DNA of 64,000 nucleotides from Spirochaetia bacterium (GTDB lineage Bacteria; Spirochaetota; Spirochaetia; SZUA-6; Bin103), in NCBI GenBank assembly GCA_965198005.1, contig CBDAOI010000002.1:800001-864000 (forward strand), read 5' to 3'. Positions 51,005 through 62,595 of the stretch are shown in pieces. Every line of letters begins with the position of its first letter. Position 1 is the stretch's first letter. The position numbers and the translations under genes were made by a program. The notes beneath the pieces were generated by a model. It was not told where the DNA came from and did no database searches. It saw only the letters and a list, made by a program, of their open reading frames with translations.

Positions 51005-52423
51005 CTAGCCGCGGCGCCGCTTGCGGCTGATGCGGCGCGGCTGGATTCGGGTCACGGCCAAATCCTGGTTCGGGGTGCTGCCCGCGGGCCCGCCGGTGCT
51101 GCCGCCCGCGTCCGCCGGCGCCGGGCTGTCCGTGACCGCGTCGCGCTGCGTTCTGCCGCCGGGACCGGGCGCCGCGGGTTGCGGCTGCGCTCCCTCGGCC
51201 GCCGCCCGCGCACTGCGGCGCTGGTGCACGCGGCGCCAGGCCAGCACGGTCGGCGCAGCCACGAACATGGAGGAGTAGGTTCCCACCACCACCCCGATGA
51301 TCAGGGCGAGCGCGAAGGTCCGGATCGACGAGGTGCCGAAGATGTAGATCGCGCTCACCGCCAGCAGGGTGGTCACCGACGTGATGATGGTGCGGGCGAG
51401 CGACTGCGTGATGCTGGTGTTGATCACCACCTCGAAGTCCGCGTCCCGCATCAGCGTTTCGTTCTCGCGTACGCGGTCGAAGATCACGATGGTGTCGTTG
51501 AGCGAGTAGCCGACGATGGTCAGGACCGCGGCGATGGTGGCGGTGCTGATCTCGAACTGCAGCGTGCCGAGCACCCCCAGCATAATCGCGATGTCGTGCA
51601 CCAGCGCCAGGATCGCGCCTACCGCGAACGCGATCCGGAACCGGAACAGGATATAGATGAAGATCAGGGTGAACGCGACCACGACCAGCCACACCGCCTG
51701 CTCTCCCAGCACCCGGGACAGACTGGGCCCGACGAAATCGGTCTGCTGCACGGTAATCCGTTCCGCGCCGAACGCGTCCGCCAGCAGGGAGAAGACGCGG
51801 CCGGTGGTCGCCGCTTCGGACGGCGCCTCGCCCGCCGCCGCGGGCAGCAGCTCGGCGCGCACGATGTAACGCTGCTCACCCGGGTTGCCGATCGCCTGCA
51901 GCGCGAAGGTCTCCAGCGGCGCCAGCGCCGTGCGCACCGCCTCGATCGGGGCGTCGGGTGGCGCCGACACGTCCCGGAAGCCGAGCACCAAGCGCCGCCC
52001 CGCCTCGCGGAATCCCGGCGGCTGGAGCTGGGTGGCCGGGATGTCCGCCGGCGCCGCCAACTCCACCTCCACGCCGGGTATGGTGGCCAGCTCGCCGGCA
52101 ATCGCGCCGATGGTCGGGAACGCCGCGAAGTCGAGCACGCGCCGCCGCACGGTGCCCTCCTGCAGCCACTCGACGGTCAGGAACCCGGGGCGCCCGAGCA
52201 GCGGGTCGGGCGGCGTAAGCTCCGGCTCGAGGGCGACGCCGGCGTCAGCGATCGCCAGCGCCACCGGTGCGATCTGAATCTGCTGCGCCACGCCGCCGCT
52301 CAGATCGACGCTCAGGTTCACGCCGCCGCGCGCCACCGTACCCAGCACCCCGGCGGCGATCAGCACCAGGGACAGCGCCGCCATCGGGTAGCGGATGCGG
52401 GTGAAGGGTATCACCTGTCTCAT
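51005..52423 (-). CDS. secF: Protein translocase subunit SecF
   Basis: VDLSGG, VGPS, ALVHD, GYSLNDTIVIFDRVRE, RTIITS and GTYSS. Confidence 0.95.
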   Translation of the reverse strand: MRQVIPFTRIRYPMAALSLVLIAAGVLGTVARGGVNLSVDLSGGVAQQIQIAPVALAIADAGVALEPELTPPDPLLGRPGFLTVEWLQEGTVRRRVLDFAAFPTIGAIAGELATIPGVEVELAAPADIPATQLQPPGFREAGRRLVLGFRDVSAPPDAPIEAVRTALAPLETFALQAIGNPGEQRYIVRAELLPAAAGEAPSEAATTGRVFSLLADAFGAERITVQQTDFVGPSLSRVLGEQAVWLVVVAFTLIFIYILFRFRIAFAVGAILALVHDIAIMLGVLGTLQFEISTATIAAVLTIVGYSLNDTIVIFDRVRENETLMRDADFEVVINTSITQSLARTIITSVTTLLAVSAIYIFGTSSIRTFALALIIGVVVGTYSSMFVAAPTVLAWRRVHQRRSARAAAEGAQPQPAAPGPGGRTQRDAVTDSPAPADAGGSTGGPAGSTPNQDLAVTRIQPRRISRKRRRG

Positions 52424-54183
52424 CGCGTGGTAACCGCCTCGCCGGCTGCGAACCCCGGCCGGCCGCGCCAGCTTATGCTGAGCCGCTGCACCCGCAGGGT
52501 CTCGGTCAGGAAGTCGAAGATGAGCCGCGACACCACCAGCGCGCTGAACATCGACGAGACGATGCCCACCGACAGGGTCACGGCGAATCCCTGGATCGGG
52601 CCACTGCCGAGCTGCGACAGCGCGATGGCGGCGATGAAGGTGGTGATGTTGGCGTCCATCACGGTCCAGAACGCCTTGCCGAAGCCCGCCTTGACCGCCG
52701 CGCCGGCGGACTTGCCGAGCCGGTACTCCTCCTTGATCCGCTCGAAGATGATGACGTTGGCGTCTACCGCCATGCCCACCGTGAGGATCACGCCGGCGAT
52801 GCTCGGCAGGGTCAGCGTGAAGTTGAACACCGACAACACCGACACCAGGAAGAACAGGTTGAGCAACAGCACGAAGTTGGCGATCAGCCCCGCGAGCTGA
52901 TAGTAGGCGACCATGAACACCAGCACGGCCAGCATGCCGAGCGCGATCGCGTTGAGGCCGGTACGGATGGCGTCTTCGCCCAGGGAGGCGCCCACCGCCT
53001 GCTGACTGAGGATCTCCAGCGGCACCGGCAGCGCCCCGGTCTCCAGCACCAGGGCCAAGTCGCGCGCCTCGCTCTCGGTGAAGCCGGTCACCACCACCGC
53101 GTTGCGAATCGCCTCCGAGATGGTCGCCGCCGCCTTGACCTTGTCGTCCAGCACCACCGCCAGCACGTTGCCCACGTTCTCGCTGGTCAGCTTGAAGAAG
53201 ATCTCGCCGCCCTCGCCGGTGAGGTTGAACACCACCGTGGGTTGTTGGGTGATCGGATGGCGGCTGACCTGCGCCTGCTGGATGTAGGTGCCCTCGAGGC
53301 CCATCTGTTCGAAGATCACGGTGTAGCCGCGGAGCTGGTCCACGCCGTAGGCGTCCTTCTCGTAGCGCCCGCGCAGCACGGTCCCGGCCGCGAGCAACTC
53401 GGGATCACGCGGCTGGCCGTCCGCCCCCAGAAAGGTGCCCGGATTGGCCGCCTGGTACTCCCGGAACCGCGCCAGGCCGTCGGTGTCCACGATGTGAAAG
53501 TTGAGCCGGCCCTTGCCGAGAATGAAGCTGCGCATGCGCTCGGGGTCCGGCGCGCCGGGCATCTCCACCACAATCTGGTCGTTGCCGCGGCGCCGGATCT
53601 GCGGCTCGGTCACGCCGAACTGATCGATCCGGTTGTTCAACACTTCGAGTGCGCGGCGAATCGCCAGTTCCTCCTCCTGCGCGTTGAGCGGTATCCCGCT
53701 CTGTTCCTGCAAGGTCTCCAGGTCCGGCTCGATCACCACGTACATGCCACCGCGCAGATCGAGCCCGAGCTGGATGCTGCGCGACCGCAGATCCTTGAGC
53801 TCCAGCAACTCGGCGCGGTGGTGGTCCTCCATCGCCACGAACGTGTCGCCCTCGGTGGGAAACACCTTGGCAACCTGTTCCACGCTCCAGGCGCCCGGCA
53901 CCGTGCGCCGCTCCACCCGCAGCCGCTCGCGCGCCCGGACGTTCAGGTAGGCCAGCCGCTCCGGCACCGGGGCGGCGGCGGCGGTCCGCACCTGCCGCAC
54001 CAGATACTCCAGGTCGACGGCGGCGCGCTGCCGGGCCAACACCCGAATCTGGTCGCGCGACGCGTTCGCCTCATGCCGCTGATCCTCCGACAGGACGAAG
54101 TACCAGCGCACCGTGGGGTAGAGGAACCACACGGACACGCCGACGAAGGCGAGAATGATCAACAGGCGTAAGCGTTTGGTCAT
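52420..54183 (-). CDS. secD: Protein translocase subunit SecD
   Basis: LGLDLRGG, NRIDQFGVTEP, GALPVP, VGASLG, GMAVDANVIIFERIKEE and DANITT. Confidence 0.96.
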   Translation of the reverse strand: MTKRLRLLIILAFVGVSVWFLYPTVRWYFVLSEDQRHEANASRDQIRVLARQRAAVDLEYLVRQVRTAAAAPVPERLAYLNVRARERLRVERRTVPGAWSVEQVAKVFPTEGDTFVAMEDHHRAELLELKDLRSRSIQLGLDLRGGMYVVIEPDLETLQEQSGIPLNAQEEELAIRRALEVLNNRIDQFGVTEPQIRRRGNDQIVVEMPGAPDPERMRSFILGKGRLNFHIVDTDGLARFREYQAANPGTFLGADGQPRDPELLAAGTVLRGRYEKDAYGVDQLRGYTVIFEQMGLEGTYIQQAQVSRHPITQQPTVVFNLTGEGGEIFFKLTSENVGNVLAVVLDDKVKAAATISEAIRNAVVVTGFTESEARDLALVLETGALPVPLEILSQQAVGASLGEDAIRTGLNAIALGMLAVLVFMVAYYQLAGLIANFVLLLNLFFLVSVLSVFNFTLTLPSIAGVILTVGMAVDANVIIFERIKEEYRLGKSAGAAVKAGFGKAFWTVMDANITTFIAAIALSQLGSGPIQGFAVTLSVGIVSSMFSALVVSRLIFDFLTETLRVQRLSISWRGRPGFAAGEAVTTR

Positions 54184-54536
54184 GAGTGTGGCGCGGGCTT
54201 GGACTCGCCCGGACGCGGCCCCAGCATGCCGGTGATCGAAGCCTTGGCGAATTCGATCTTGGTGGTATCGTCCACCTTGACCGTGATCGCGTCCTCCTTG
54301 ACCGCCGTCACCACCCCCCGGATGCCGCCCGAGGTCTGCACCTTGTCTCCCTTCTTGAGACGGGAGAGCATCTCGCGCGTGTCCTTCTGGCGGCGGTTCT
54401 GGGGCCGGATCACCAGGAAGTAGAAGATCAGGATGATCAGGCCGAAGGTGACCATCATGGTCACGAGTTGGCCACCGCCATTCGCGCCGCCGCCGAGACC
54501 TCCGAAAGCGCCCTGCAGAAGAGAGAACGTATCCAT
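54180..54536 (-). CDS. yajC: Preprotein translocase subunit YajC
   Basis: FYFLVIRPQ..RQK....L..LKKGDKV.T.GGI.G. Confidence 0.95.
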   Translation of the reverse strand: MDTFSLLQGAFGGLGGGANGGGQLVTMMVTFGLIILIFYFLVIRPQNRRQKDTREMLSRLKKGDKVQTSGGIRGVVTAVKEDAITVKVDDTTKIEFAKASITGMLGPRPGESKPAPHS

Positions 54537-54605
54537 CAGCGTGTGTCTACCACGGAGCGGCGGCACGGTCAAACGGATTGCTCACGGTTTTCGCACCTCC
54601 GCTCC

Positions 54606-54896
54606 CTAGGTCGCGATTACGCGCTTGATTTCGGCCGGCACCCCGAACACCCCAAACAGCTTGCTGACGTCGTTCAGCGAACAGGGGCGCCGGGTGACGC
54701 GTTCGATCTCAGCACGTACCAACTCCATCTCGGTGGCCGATTCGGCATGCGCGGCGGAGCAGAACGCGGCCTTGTACAGCCCCCGGTCGAGGAGCTGCTG
54801 CGTGGTCAGCTTGCCGTAGCGCCGGCGCTGCTGACCGTGTACCAGTGCCGTGTCGCCATCGTAGCCGATTACGAACAGAAAGTCCGCGCGCCTCAT
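54606..54896 (-). CDS. Hypothetical protein (96 aa)
   Basis: Protein-like ORF between groEL and yajC, co-oriented with both. Confidence 0.65.
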   Translation of the reverse strand: MRRADFLFVIGYDGDTALVHGQQRRRYGKLTTQQLLDRGLYKAAFCSAAHAESATEMELVRAEIERVTRRPCSLNDVSKLFGVFGVPAEIKRVIAT

Positions 54897-54903
54897 CGCC
54901 GCC

Positions 54904-54931
54904 AAAAAAGAGGGCGCGCCCGCGCGCGCCC
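54904..54931 (-). terminator. Intrinsic terminator of groEL
   Basis: GGGCGCGC-gcgg-GCGCGCCC stem followed by TCTTTTTT on the minus strand. Confidence 0.75.
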
Positions 54932-54952
54932 CGCAAGGTTACGCCATTCCCT

Positions 54953-56617
<1,665 letters not shown>

Positions 56618-56661
56618 TTATGTAAAGATCGCCGGTAACATACCGCCGAGCGCGCCGCGAA

Positions 56662-57453
56662 TCAAATATTTTCGCTCTCGATCCGCCCCGATACGCAGGT
56701 GTGGAGCGCGCCGGCGGCGTCGCGCACCAGCAGGCCTCCATCGGCCGCGACGCGTTCGATCCGCACCGGCGCGGGCAGGCCGCGGCCGGCATCGATGATC
56801 CGCACCCAGCAGCCGCGCGCGTACAGACGCCGGTCCACCGCGGCCGCCCAGTGCGGGTCGCGCAGCAACCGGTCCAGCTCGGCCAGAATCCGCTCCAGCA
56901 CCTGCACGCGCGGCACCCGGCGGCCGCACTGCAGCCGCACCGACGACGCCGGCAGCGCGCCGCCGGGCAGTCCCCGCAGCTGATTGCAGGTCACGCCCAC
57001 CCCGACGCTGCACCAGCCGGCCAGCGCCTCGCACAGGCAGCCGGCCACCTTGCTGCCGCGCACGATCACGTCGTTGGGCCACTTCACCCGGCACGCCACG
57101 CCGCTCACCGCCTCCACGGCACGCGCCACCGCCAGCCCGCACAGCAGCGGCAGCCGGGCCGGCGTGCCCGCGCCGCCGCCGGCGTCCGGACCGCTCACCG
57201 GCGCGCTCACCGCCGACCGTGCGAGCAGCAGATTGAACAGCAGGTTGCGGCCCGGCGCGCTCACCCAGTGCCGGCGCGGGGTGCGGCCGCGGCCGCGGGT
57301 CTGGTAGTTGGTCACGATCAAGGCGCCGTGCACCGGGGCCTGACGGATCAGCGCGCGCGCATCCTCCATGGTCGACCCGGTGCGCGGCAGGTAGTACTGC
57401 GGCGCCGCCGGCCAGGGCGAAGCCACCGCCGGCTGCAACCGCCGCCACCGCAT
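56662..57453 (-). CDS. birA: Biotin--protein ligase (class I, no HTH)
   Basis: GSTM, QTRGRGR...W, KWPND, KVAG.L.E, GVGV and DGGLLV. Confidence 0.9.
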   Translation of the reverse strand: MRWRRLQPAVASPWPAAPQYYLPRTGSTMEDARALIRQAPVHGALIVTNYQTRGRGRTPRRHWVSAPGRNLLFNLLLARSAVSAPVSGPDAGGGAGTPARLPLLCGLAVARAVEAVSGVACRVKWPNDVIVRGSKVAGCLCEALAGWCSVGVGVTCNQLRGLPGGALPASSVRLQCGRRVPRVQVLERILAELDRLLRDPHWAAAVDRRLYARGCWVRIIDAGRGLPAPVRIERVAADGGLLVRDAAGALHTCVSGRIESENI

Positions 57454-57465
57454 GGCCGGCGCCCG

Positions 57466-58839
57466 CTACATCGAGACGAACAGCTCCTGCGGCATGCGCA
57501 GCAGCTCCAGGAAGTAGGACGCGAACTCCGCCGCCGGCACCCCGTCCACCACCCGGTGATCGAACGCGAGCGACACCGGCAGCACCCAGGCCGGCCGCAC
57601 CGAGCCGTTCACCACCATCGGCGCCTGATGAATCCGGCCCGCGCCGATGATCGCCACCTGCGGCGGCTGGATCATCGGCGACGCGTACAGGCCGCCGAAC
57701 GGCCCGAAGTTGGTCAGGCTGAAGGTGCCGCCGCGCAGGTCCTCGATCCGGATCGCACGGCTCTTGGCGCGGTCCACCATCGTCTTCATCGCCTGGTCGA
57801 TCTGGCGGATGGTCTGGTTCTCGACGTTGTGGATGACCGGGACCATCAACCCCGCCTCGGTGTTCACCGCGACGCCGATGTTGATGTCCTTGAACACGGT
57901 CAGCTCCTCCGAGACCGGGTTGAAGTGGGCATTGAGCACCGGATACCCGCGCAGCGCGGTCGCCAGCGCCTTCATGAAGAACGGCTGAAAGCTCACGCGC
58001 ACCTCCCGCCGGGCGTTCACCTTGTTCCGCACCTCGACCAGATCGTCGACGATGCCGAGGTCGAAGATGGTGGCGGTCGGGATCTTGTGGCTGGTCTCCA
58101 TCGTGTGGGCGATGGTCTTGCGCAGGATGGTCAGCTCGACCGTCTGCCCGAGCGGCAGATGGGCGGGGGTGACCAGCGGATCGTCGATCAGCGGAAAGGC
58201 GAAGTCGGAGCCGCCGACGACCGGGACCAGCGGCGCCGCGGCGGGCCGCGGTCCGGCGGGGGCGGCGTCCGTCTCGGGGAGGCCGGCCGCCGCCTGCTCG
58301 ATGTCCTTGCGCACGATGCGGCCGCCGGCGCCGCTGGGGCGCACGCGCGCGAGATCCACGTTCAGCTCGCGCGCCAGACGACGGGCGGCGGGCGTGACCA
58401 GCGGCGCGGCGGCCTGCCCGGTGCCGGCCGCGGCGCTCTCCTCGCCCGCGCCGGCGGCGCCGGTCTCGGCGCTCGGCGGCAGCGTGCTCGCGGCGGCGTC
58501 CAGCGTGCCCACCAGCGCCTGGTGCTGCCGCTTGCCGTTCGGAGGCGCACCGTCACCGCCGGCCAGACTGGCGCCGCCGGCGGCGCCAGTGCCGTCACCG
58601 TCGCCCAGGTCGATGTAGGCCAGGGTCTCACCGACGCGGATGCGGGTGCCGGCGGCGGCGCCGAACCTCAACAGCACGCCGCTCTTGGGCGATTGGATCT
58701 CGGCCACCACCTTGTCGGTCTCCACGATGGCGAGGATGTCTCCGGCCACCACCGGATCGCCGGGATCGACCCTGAACTCCAGGATCTTGCCTTCGGTCAG
58801 CCCCTCGCCGATGTCCGGGAACTTGAACTCGTAACTCAT
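57466..58839 (-). CDS. pdhC: 2-oxoacid dehydrogenase E2 (dihydrolipoamide acyltransferase)
   Basis: Lipoyl domain PDIGEGL.EG..VETDK, E3-binding PAARRLARE..G.GGRI..D, and catalytic DHRVVDG. Pyruvate versus branched-chain substrate is unresolved. Confidence 0.92.
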   Translation of the reverse strand: MSYEFKFPDIGEGLTEGKILEFRVDPGDPVVAGDILAIVETDKVVAEIQSPKSGVLLRFGAAAGTRIRVGETLAYIDLGDGDGTGAAGGASLAGGDGAPPNGKRQHQALVGTLDAAASTLPPSAETGAAGAGEESAAAGTGQAAAPLVTPAARRLARELNVDLARVRPSGAGGRIVRKDIEQAAAGLPETDAAPAGPRPAAAPLVPVVGGSDFAFPLIDDPLVTPAHLPLGQTVELTILRKTIAHTMETSHKIPTATIFDLGIVDDLVEVRNKVNARREVRVSFQPFFMKALATALRGYPVLNAHFNPVSEELTVFKDINIGVAVNTEAGLMVPVIHNVENQTIRQIDQAMKTMVDRAKSRAIRIEDLRGGTFSLTNFGPFGGLYASPMIQPPQVAIIGAGRIHQAPMVVNGSVRPAWVLPVSLAFDHRVVDGVPAAEFASYFLELLRMPQELFVSM

Positions 58840-58867
58840 GATCTCTCGGCTCGCTTAACGGCCCTCG

Positions 58868-59863
58868 CTAAAAGGACACAGTCTCCAGCACCGCGTCCAC
58901 GATGTGCTCGGCCGGAATGAAATAGTAGTGTTCCGCGGCCGGCATCGGAATCACCGCGTCGGTCCCGGTGACGCGGCGCGGCGGGGCGTCCAGGTGCATG
59001 AACAGCTCCTCGGTGACCAGCGCGATCAGCTCGGCGGCCACCCCGAACGACCGCGGCCCCTCGTGCACCACCACCAGCCGCCCGGTCTTGCGCACCGAGT
59101 CCAGTACCGCGGTGGCGTCGTACGGGTAGATGGTGCGCAGGTCGAGCAGCTCCGCCGCGATTCCCTCGGCGCGCAGGTGGGCGGTGGCGGCGCGCGCCTC
59201 GCGCATCATCGCGCCGTAGGCTACCAGGGTAACCGCGTCGCCGGTCTGTTCCACGCGCGCCTTGCCCAGCGGCAGCTCGTAGGGTTCGGCCGGCACCTCC
59301 TGCTGCGGCGAGTGGTAGGAGCGCTTGGGCTCCATGAAGATGACCGGATCGGGGTCCCGGATGGCGGCCAGCAGCAGCCCCTTGGCGTCGTGCGGAGTGG
59401 ACGGAATCACCACCTTGAGGCCGGGTACGTGGCCGAAGGTCGCCTCCATGCTCTCCACGTGATGCTCGAGCGCCTTGAGCACGCCGCCGTACGGCATCCG
59501 GATCACCAGCGGCAGGGTCAGCATGCCGCGGGTGCGGTTGCGCATGCGCGCGACGTGGCACACGATCTGGTTGAACGCCGGCCAGACGAAGCCGCTGAAC
59601 TGGATCTCGACCACGGGCCGCAACCCGGCCATCGCCATCCCGATCGCGGCGCCGACGATGCCGCTCTCCGCCAGCGGCGTATCGAAGCAGCGCCGCTGGC
59701 CGAACCGTTGCTGCAGCCCCGCGGTGACCTGGAACACGCCGCCGTTCACCCCCACGTCCTCGCCGTAGACGAGCACGCGGTCGTCCTCCTCGAGCGCTTG
59801 CGCGAGCGCGGCATTGATGGCACTGATGGAATTGATGGAAGAAAGCAGCGATACCGCGCTCAT
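58868..59863 (-). CDS. pdhB: 2-oxoacid dehydrogenase E1 beta subunit
   Basis: GEDVG..GGVF.VT.GL, DTPLAE.GI, EIQF, DPDPVIFMEPK and DLRTI.P. Confidence 0.93.
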   Translation of the reverse strand: MSAVSLLSSINSISAINAALAQALEEDDRVLVYGEDVGVNGGVFQVTAGLQQRFGQRRCFDTPLAESGIVGAAIGMAMAGLRPVVEIQFSGFVWPAFNQIVCHVARMRNRTRGMLTLPLVIRMPYGGVLKALEHHVESMEATFGHVPGLKVVIPSTPHDAKGLLLAAIRDPDPVIFMEPKRSYHSPQQEVPAEPYELPLGKARVEQTGDAVTLVAYGAMMREARAATAHLRAEGIAAELLDLRTIYPYDATAVLDSVRKTGRLVVVHEGPRSFGVAAELIALVTEELFMHLDAPPRRVTGTDAVIPMPAAEHYYFIPAEHIVDAVLETVSF

Positions 59864-60933
59864 TTTCCGGTCCGCTCCAGCACCCGGCGGCGCGCGGCGA
59901 GCTGCCGCTGAAACGGCTCCGGCAGGTGTGCGTAGACGTGGCGGAAGGTGTCTTCGAGGGTCGGCCGGGCGAGCCGTTCCACCGCGTCGAATTCGCTACG
60001 GGCCGCGCTGCGCGCGGCGGCGATGATCTCGGCGAAGGCGGCCTCGTCCATCAGCCCCCGCTCGAGCAGCAGCTTCTGCAGGCGGATGATCGGGTCCCGG
60101 CGCTGCCACTCCTCCACCTCGCCCGGCGGGCGGTAGCGCTTCGGATCGTCGGAGGTGGTGTGCGGACCGATGCGGTAGGTGACCCCCTCGATCAGGGTGG
60201 GGCCGCCGCCGGCGCGCGCGCGGGCGGCGGCGGCGGCGGTGGCGGCGAACACCGCGGTCACGTCGTTGCCGTCCACCCGGACCCCCTCGAAGCCGTAGGC
60301 GGCCGCCTTCTCCGCGAACGTGGGCGTGGCGGTCTGGTCGTTGCTGGGGACGGACAACGCGTACTGGTTGTTCTGCACGAAGAAGATGGTGCCGGTGTTC
60401 CACACCGCGGCCAGGTTCAACGACTCGTGGAAGTCTCCCTCGGAGGTGCCGCCGTCGCCGACGAACACGATGGCGATCCGGTCGCGGCCCTGGTAGCGCT
60501 CGGCGAACGCCAGCCCGACCGCGTGCGGCAGGTGCGAGCCGATGGGGAGGGAAATCGGCGTCACGTGATACTGCTCCGGGTCGAGCGCGCACCCCTGCTC
60601 GTTGCCCAGCCAGTAGAGGTAGAACTGCTGCAGCGGCACGCCGCGCACCAGCAGCCCGCCCAGCTCGCGGTAGGTCTGCAGCATCCAGTCGTCGGCACGC
60701 AACGCCATCATCGCGCCCACGCTGTTCGCCTCCTGGCCGGTGGCGGGCGGGTAGGTTCCCAGCCGTCCCTGGCGGTTGAGGCTGAACGCCCACTCGTCGG
60801 CGGCGCGCGCCTGCACCATGTAGCGGTACGCGGCGGTAAGCTGCTGGTCACTCATCGGGAATGCCGCCGCGGCCGCCGGTCCCCGGTGGGCGGCTGCCGG
60901 TCCCGGCGCCGCGGACGTGGTCGGCCCGCTCAC
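59860..60933 (-). CDS. pdhA: 2-oxoacid dehydrogenase E1 alpha subunit
   Basis: L.RQGR, GQEA, GDGGTSEGDFHE, QNNQYA, VDGND and HTTSDDP..YR. Confidence 0.93.
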   Translation of the reverse strand: MSGPTTSAAPGPAAAHRGPAAAAAFPMSDQQLTAAYRYMVQARAADEWAFSLNRQGRLGTYPPATGQEANSVGAMMALRADDWMLQTYRELGGLLVRGVPLQQFYLYWLGNEQGCALDPEQYHVTPISLPIGSHLPHAVGLAFAERYQGRDRIAIVFVGDGGTSEGDFHESLNLAAVWNTGTIFFVQNNQYALSVPSNDQTATPTFAEKAAAYGFEGVRVDGNDVTAVFAATAAAAARARAGGGPTLIEGVTYRIGPHTTSDDPKRYRPPGEVEEWQRRDPIIRLQKLLLERGLMDEAAFAEIIAAARSAARSEFDAVERLARPTLEDTFRHVYAHLPEPFQRQLAARRRVLERTGK

Positions 60934-61517
60934 CGGCGCTCCTTCCGGAGCTGCGGCCCGTGCTCCTCCGGAGCGGAAGCCGCGGCCGGTGCGACCGCCG
61001 CTGCGGGAGAGGGCGCCACGCGCGAGCCGACCAGACGCCGGCTGAGCACGAATCCGTTCTGCACGATGCGGATCAACTCCACCGCCGCCTCCACCACGCG
61101 CTTGAGACTGGCGTTGATCCGCTGCTCTTCGCGCGCGTCGATGGTGTCGTTGTCATCCAGCGCCTCGGTGATGGCCAGGTTGAGATGCGCCACCGCCCCG
61201 ATCAGCAGCGACATCTGGCGTGACAGGTGCTTGTAGGAGAACACCGCCTTGGTCTCCGCCACGCGCGCGATCGATTCCATGTGACCGAGAATGTTGCGCA
61301 GCACGTGCACCTGGCGCGGGTTCGGATTCATCTCCAGTTCCAGCCGCCAGTTCTCGAGGCGGATCATCGCTTTCTCCAGCAGCTCCTGCAGATCGGCGTT
61401 GGAGGGAAGCCGCGCCTCCTGCGGATACGGGCGGGCCGCGACAGTGCCGGTGTCGGACACGGGCACGGCGGCTGAGGCGGCTGGTTTCGGGCCGGCAGTG
61501 TGGCGGCGGGTGGACAT
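60930..61517 (-). CDS. Hypothetical helical protein heading the dehydrogenase operon
   Basis: Protein-like ORF; its stop overlaps the E1 alpha start (GTGA). Confidence 0.75.
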   Translation of the reverse strand: MSTRRHTAGPKPAASAAVPVSDTGTVAARPYPQEARLPSNADLQELLEKAMIRLENWRLELEMNPNPRQVHVLRNILGHMESIARVAETKAVFSYKHLSRQMSLLIGAVAHLNLAITEALDDNDTIDAREEQRINASLKRVVEAAVELIRIVQNGFVLSRRLVGSRVAPSPAAAVAPAAASAPEEHGPQLRKERR

Positions 61518-61596
61518 GCTGATTCGGCGGCGTCCGCTAACGGTTGGGCGGACGCTTTACAAAGCCTATGTGATTTGCTAGCGTCGCTGCAACCGT

Positions 61597-61668
61597 GGCG
61601 CCGTACCCAAGTGGTAAGGGAGAGGTCTGCAAAACCTTTATACACCGGTTCGATTCCGGTCGGCGCCT
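61597..61668 (+). tRNA. tRNA-Cys (GCA)
   Basis: Acceptor stem GGCGCCG/CGGCGCC, D-loop AAGTGGTAA, anticodon arm GAGGT-CTGCAAA-ACCTT, T arm ACCGG-TTCGATT-CCGGT and a U discriminator. CCA is not encoded. Confidence 0.97.
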
Positions 61669-61695
61669 GACCGCCGGCGGCGGAGCCCTTCGCGG

Positions 61696-62529
61696 TCACG
61701 CGCCGAGCGCAAAGTAGGCACCGAGGAAGCGGCTCACCCCCTCCTCGTCGTTGCTGAACAGGGTCACCGCCCGCGCGCAGGCGCTTACTGCCGGCGGGGC
61801 GTGGCGCATCGCCACCGGGAAGCCCACCGCCCGCAGCAGCGGGATGTCGTTCATCCAGTCGCCGATGAACATCGTCTCGCTGAGCGACGACCGCAGCCCT
61901 GCCAGCAACACCCGCATGCCGCTGAGCTTGGTGCAGGCGGCACTGCGCACGAACAGGCTGTAGCTGCCGTGGAACAGCTCGTCGGTAACGTAGAGGCTGA
62001 GCGTGCGGTCGCCAATGCGCGCGGCCAGCCGTTTGAGCGCACCGCGGTCGCGGCAGGGGAACACCACGTGTGTCACCCGGGTCAGCCGCGTCTGCGCGGC
62101 GAGGGGCAACACCCGGTCCGACCAGTCCCGGAACTGCGGCTCGCCCATGGCGCCGCGCCGGAAGATGACGCCGCCGGCGATCACGTAGCAGGGCAGGCTG
62201 CTGGCGGCGATGATCGCCGACGCCAGCCGGTCGTCGATCACCCCGCCGGGCACCCACTGTTCGGCCCCACGCGTCTGCGTCAGCACGGCGCCGTCGAGGC
62301 AGACCATCGGCAGCTCGAGCGGCTCCAGGCAACGCGTGGTGAGGCCGGGTGCCTTGCCGGTCACGGCAACGACGTGCAGGTCCAGCGCCAGCAAGGCGCG
62401 CAGCGCGGCCAGCGTCGGTGCGCTCACCCGCTTGGCGCTGGTCAACAGGGTGCCGTCCATATCCAGCGCCACCGTGGAGATTCCGCGCCGTGCCATAGGC
62501 GCCGGATCGTGCCACGGCGGCGCCGCCAC
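61696..62529 (-). CDS. Cof-type HAD-IIB hydrolase
   Basis: ALDMDGTLL, VTG, TK..G and IGDWMND. The start is uncertain. Confidence 0.88.
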   Translation of the reverse strand: MAAPPWHDPAPMARRGISTVALDMDGTLLTSAKRVSAPTLAALRALLALDLHVVAVTGKAPGLTTRCLEPLELPMVCLDGAVLTQTRGAEQWVPGGVIDDRLASAIIAASSLPCYVIAGGVIFRRGAMGEPQFRDWSDRVLPLAAQTRLTRVTHVVFPCRDRGALKRLAARIGDRTLSLYVTDELFHGSYSLFVRSAACTKLSGMRVLLAGLRSSLSETMFIGDWMNDIPLLRAVGFPVAMRHAPPAVSACARAVTLFSNDEEGVSRFLGAYFALGA

Positions 62530-62595
62530 TGTCGAGCGCGCCGCGGCAGCCGCCGCCGCCGGCGCGCGTCAGACGTTGCAGACGCCTCGGACGCC

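Noticed and set aside
61597-61700. tRNA-Cys as an island integration site
   Set aside because: No integrase and no duplicated tRNA 3' end were seen; the flanks are housekeeping-like.
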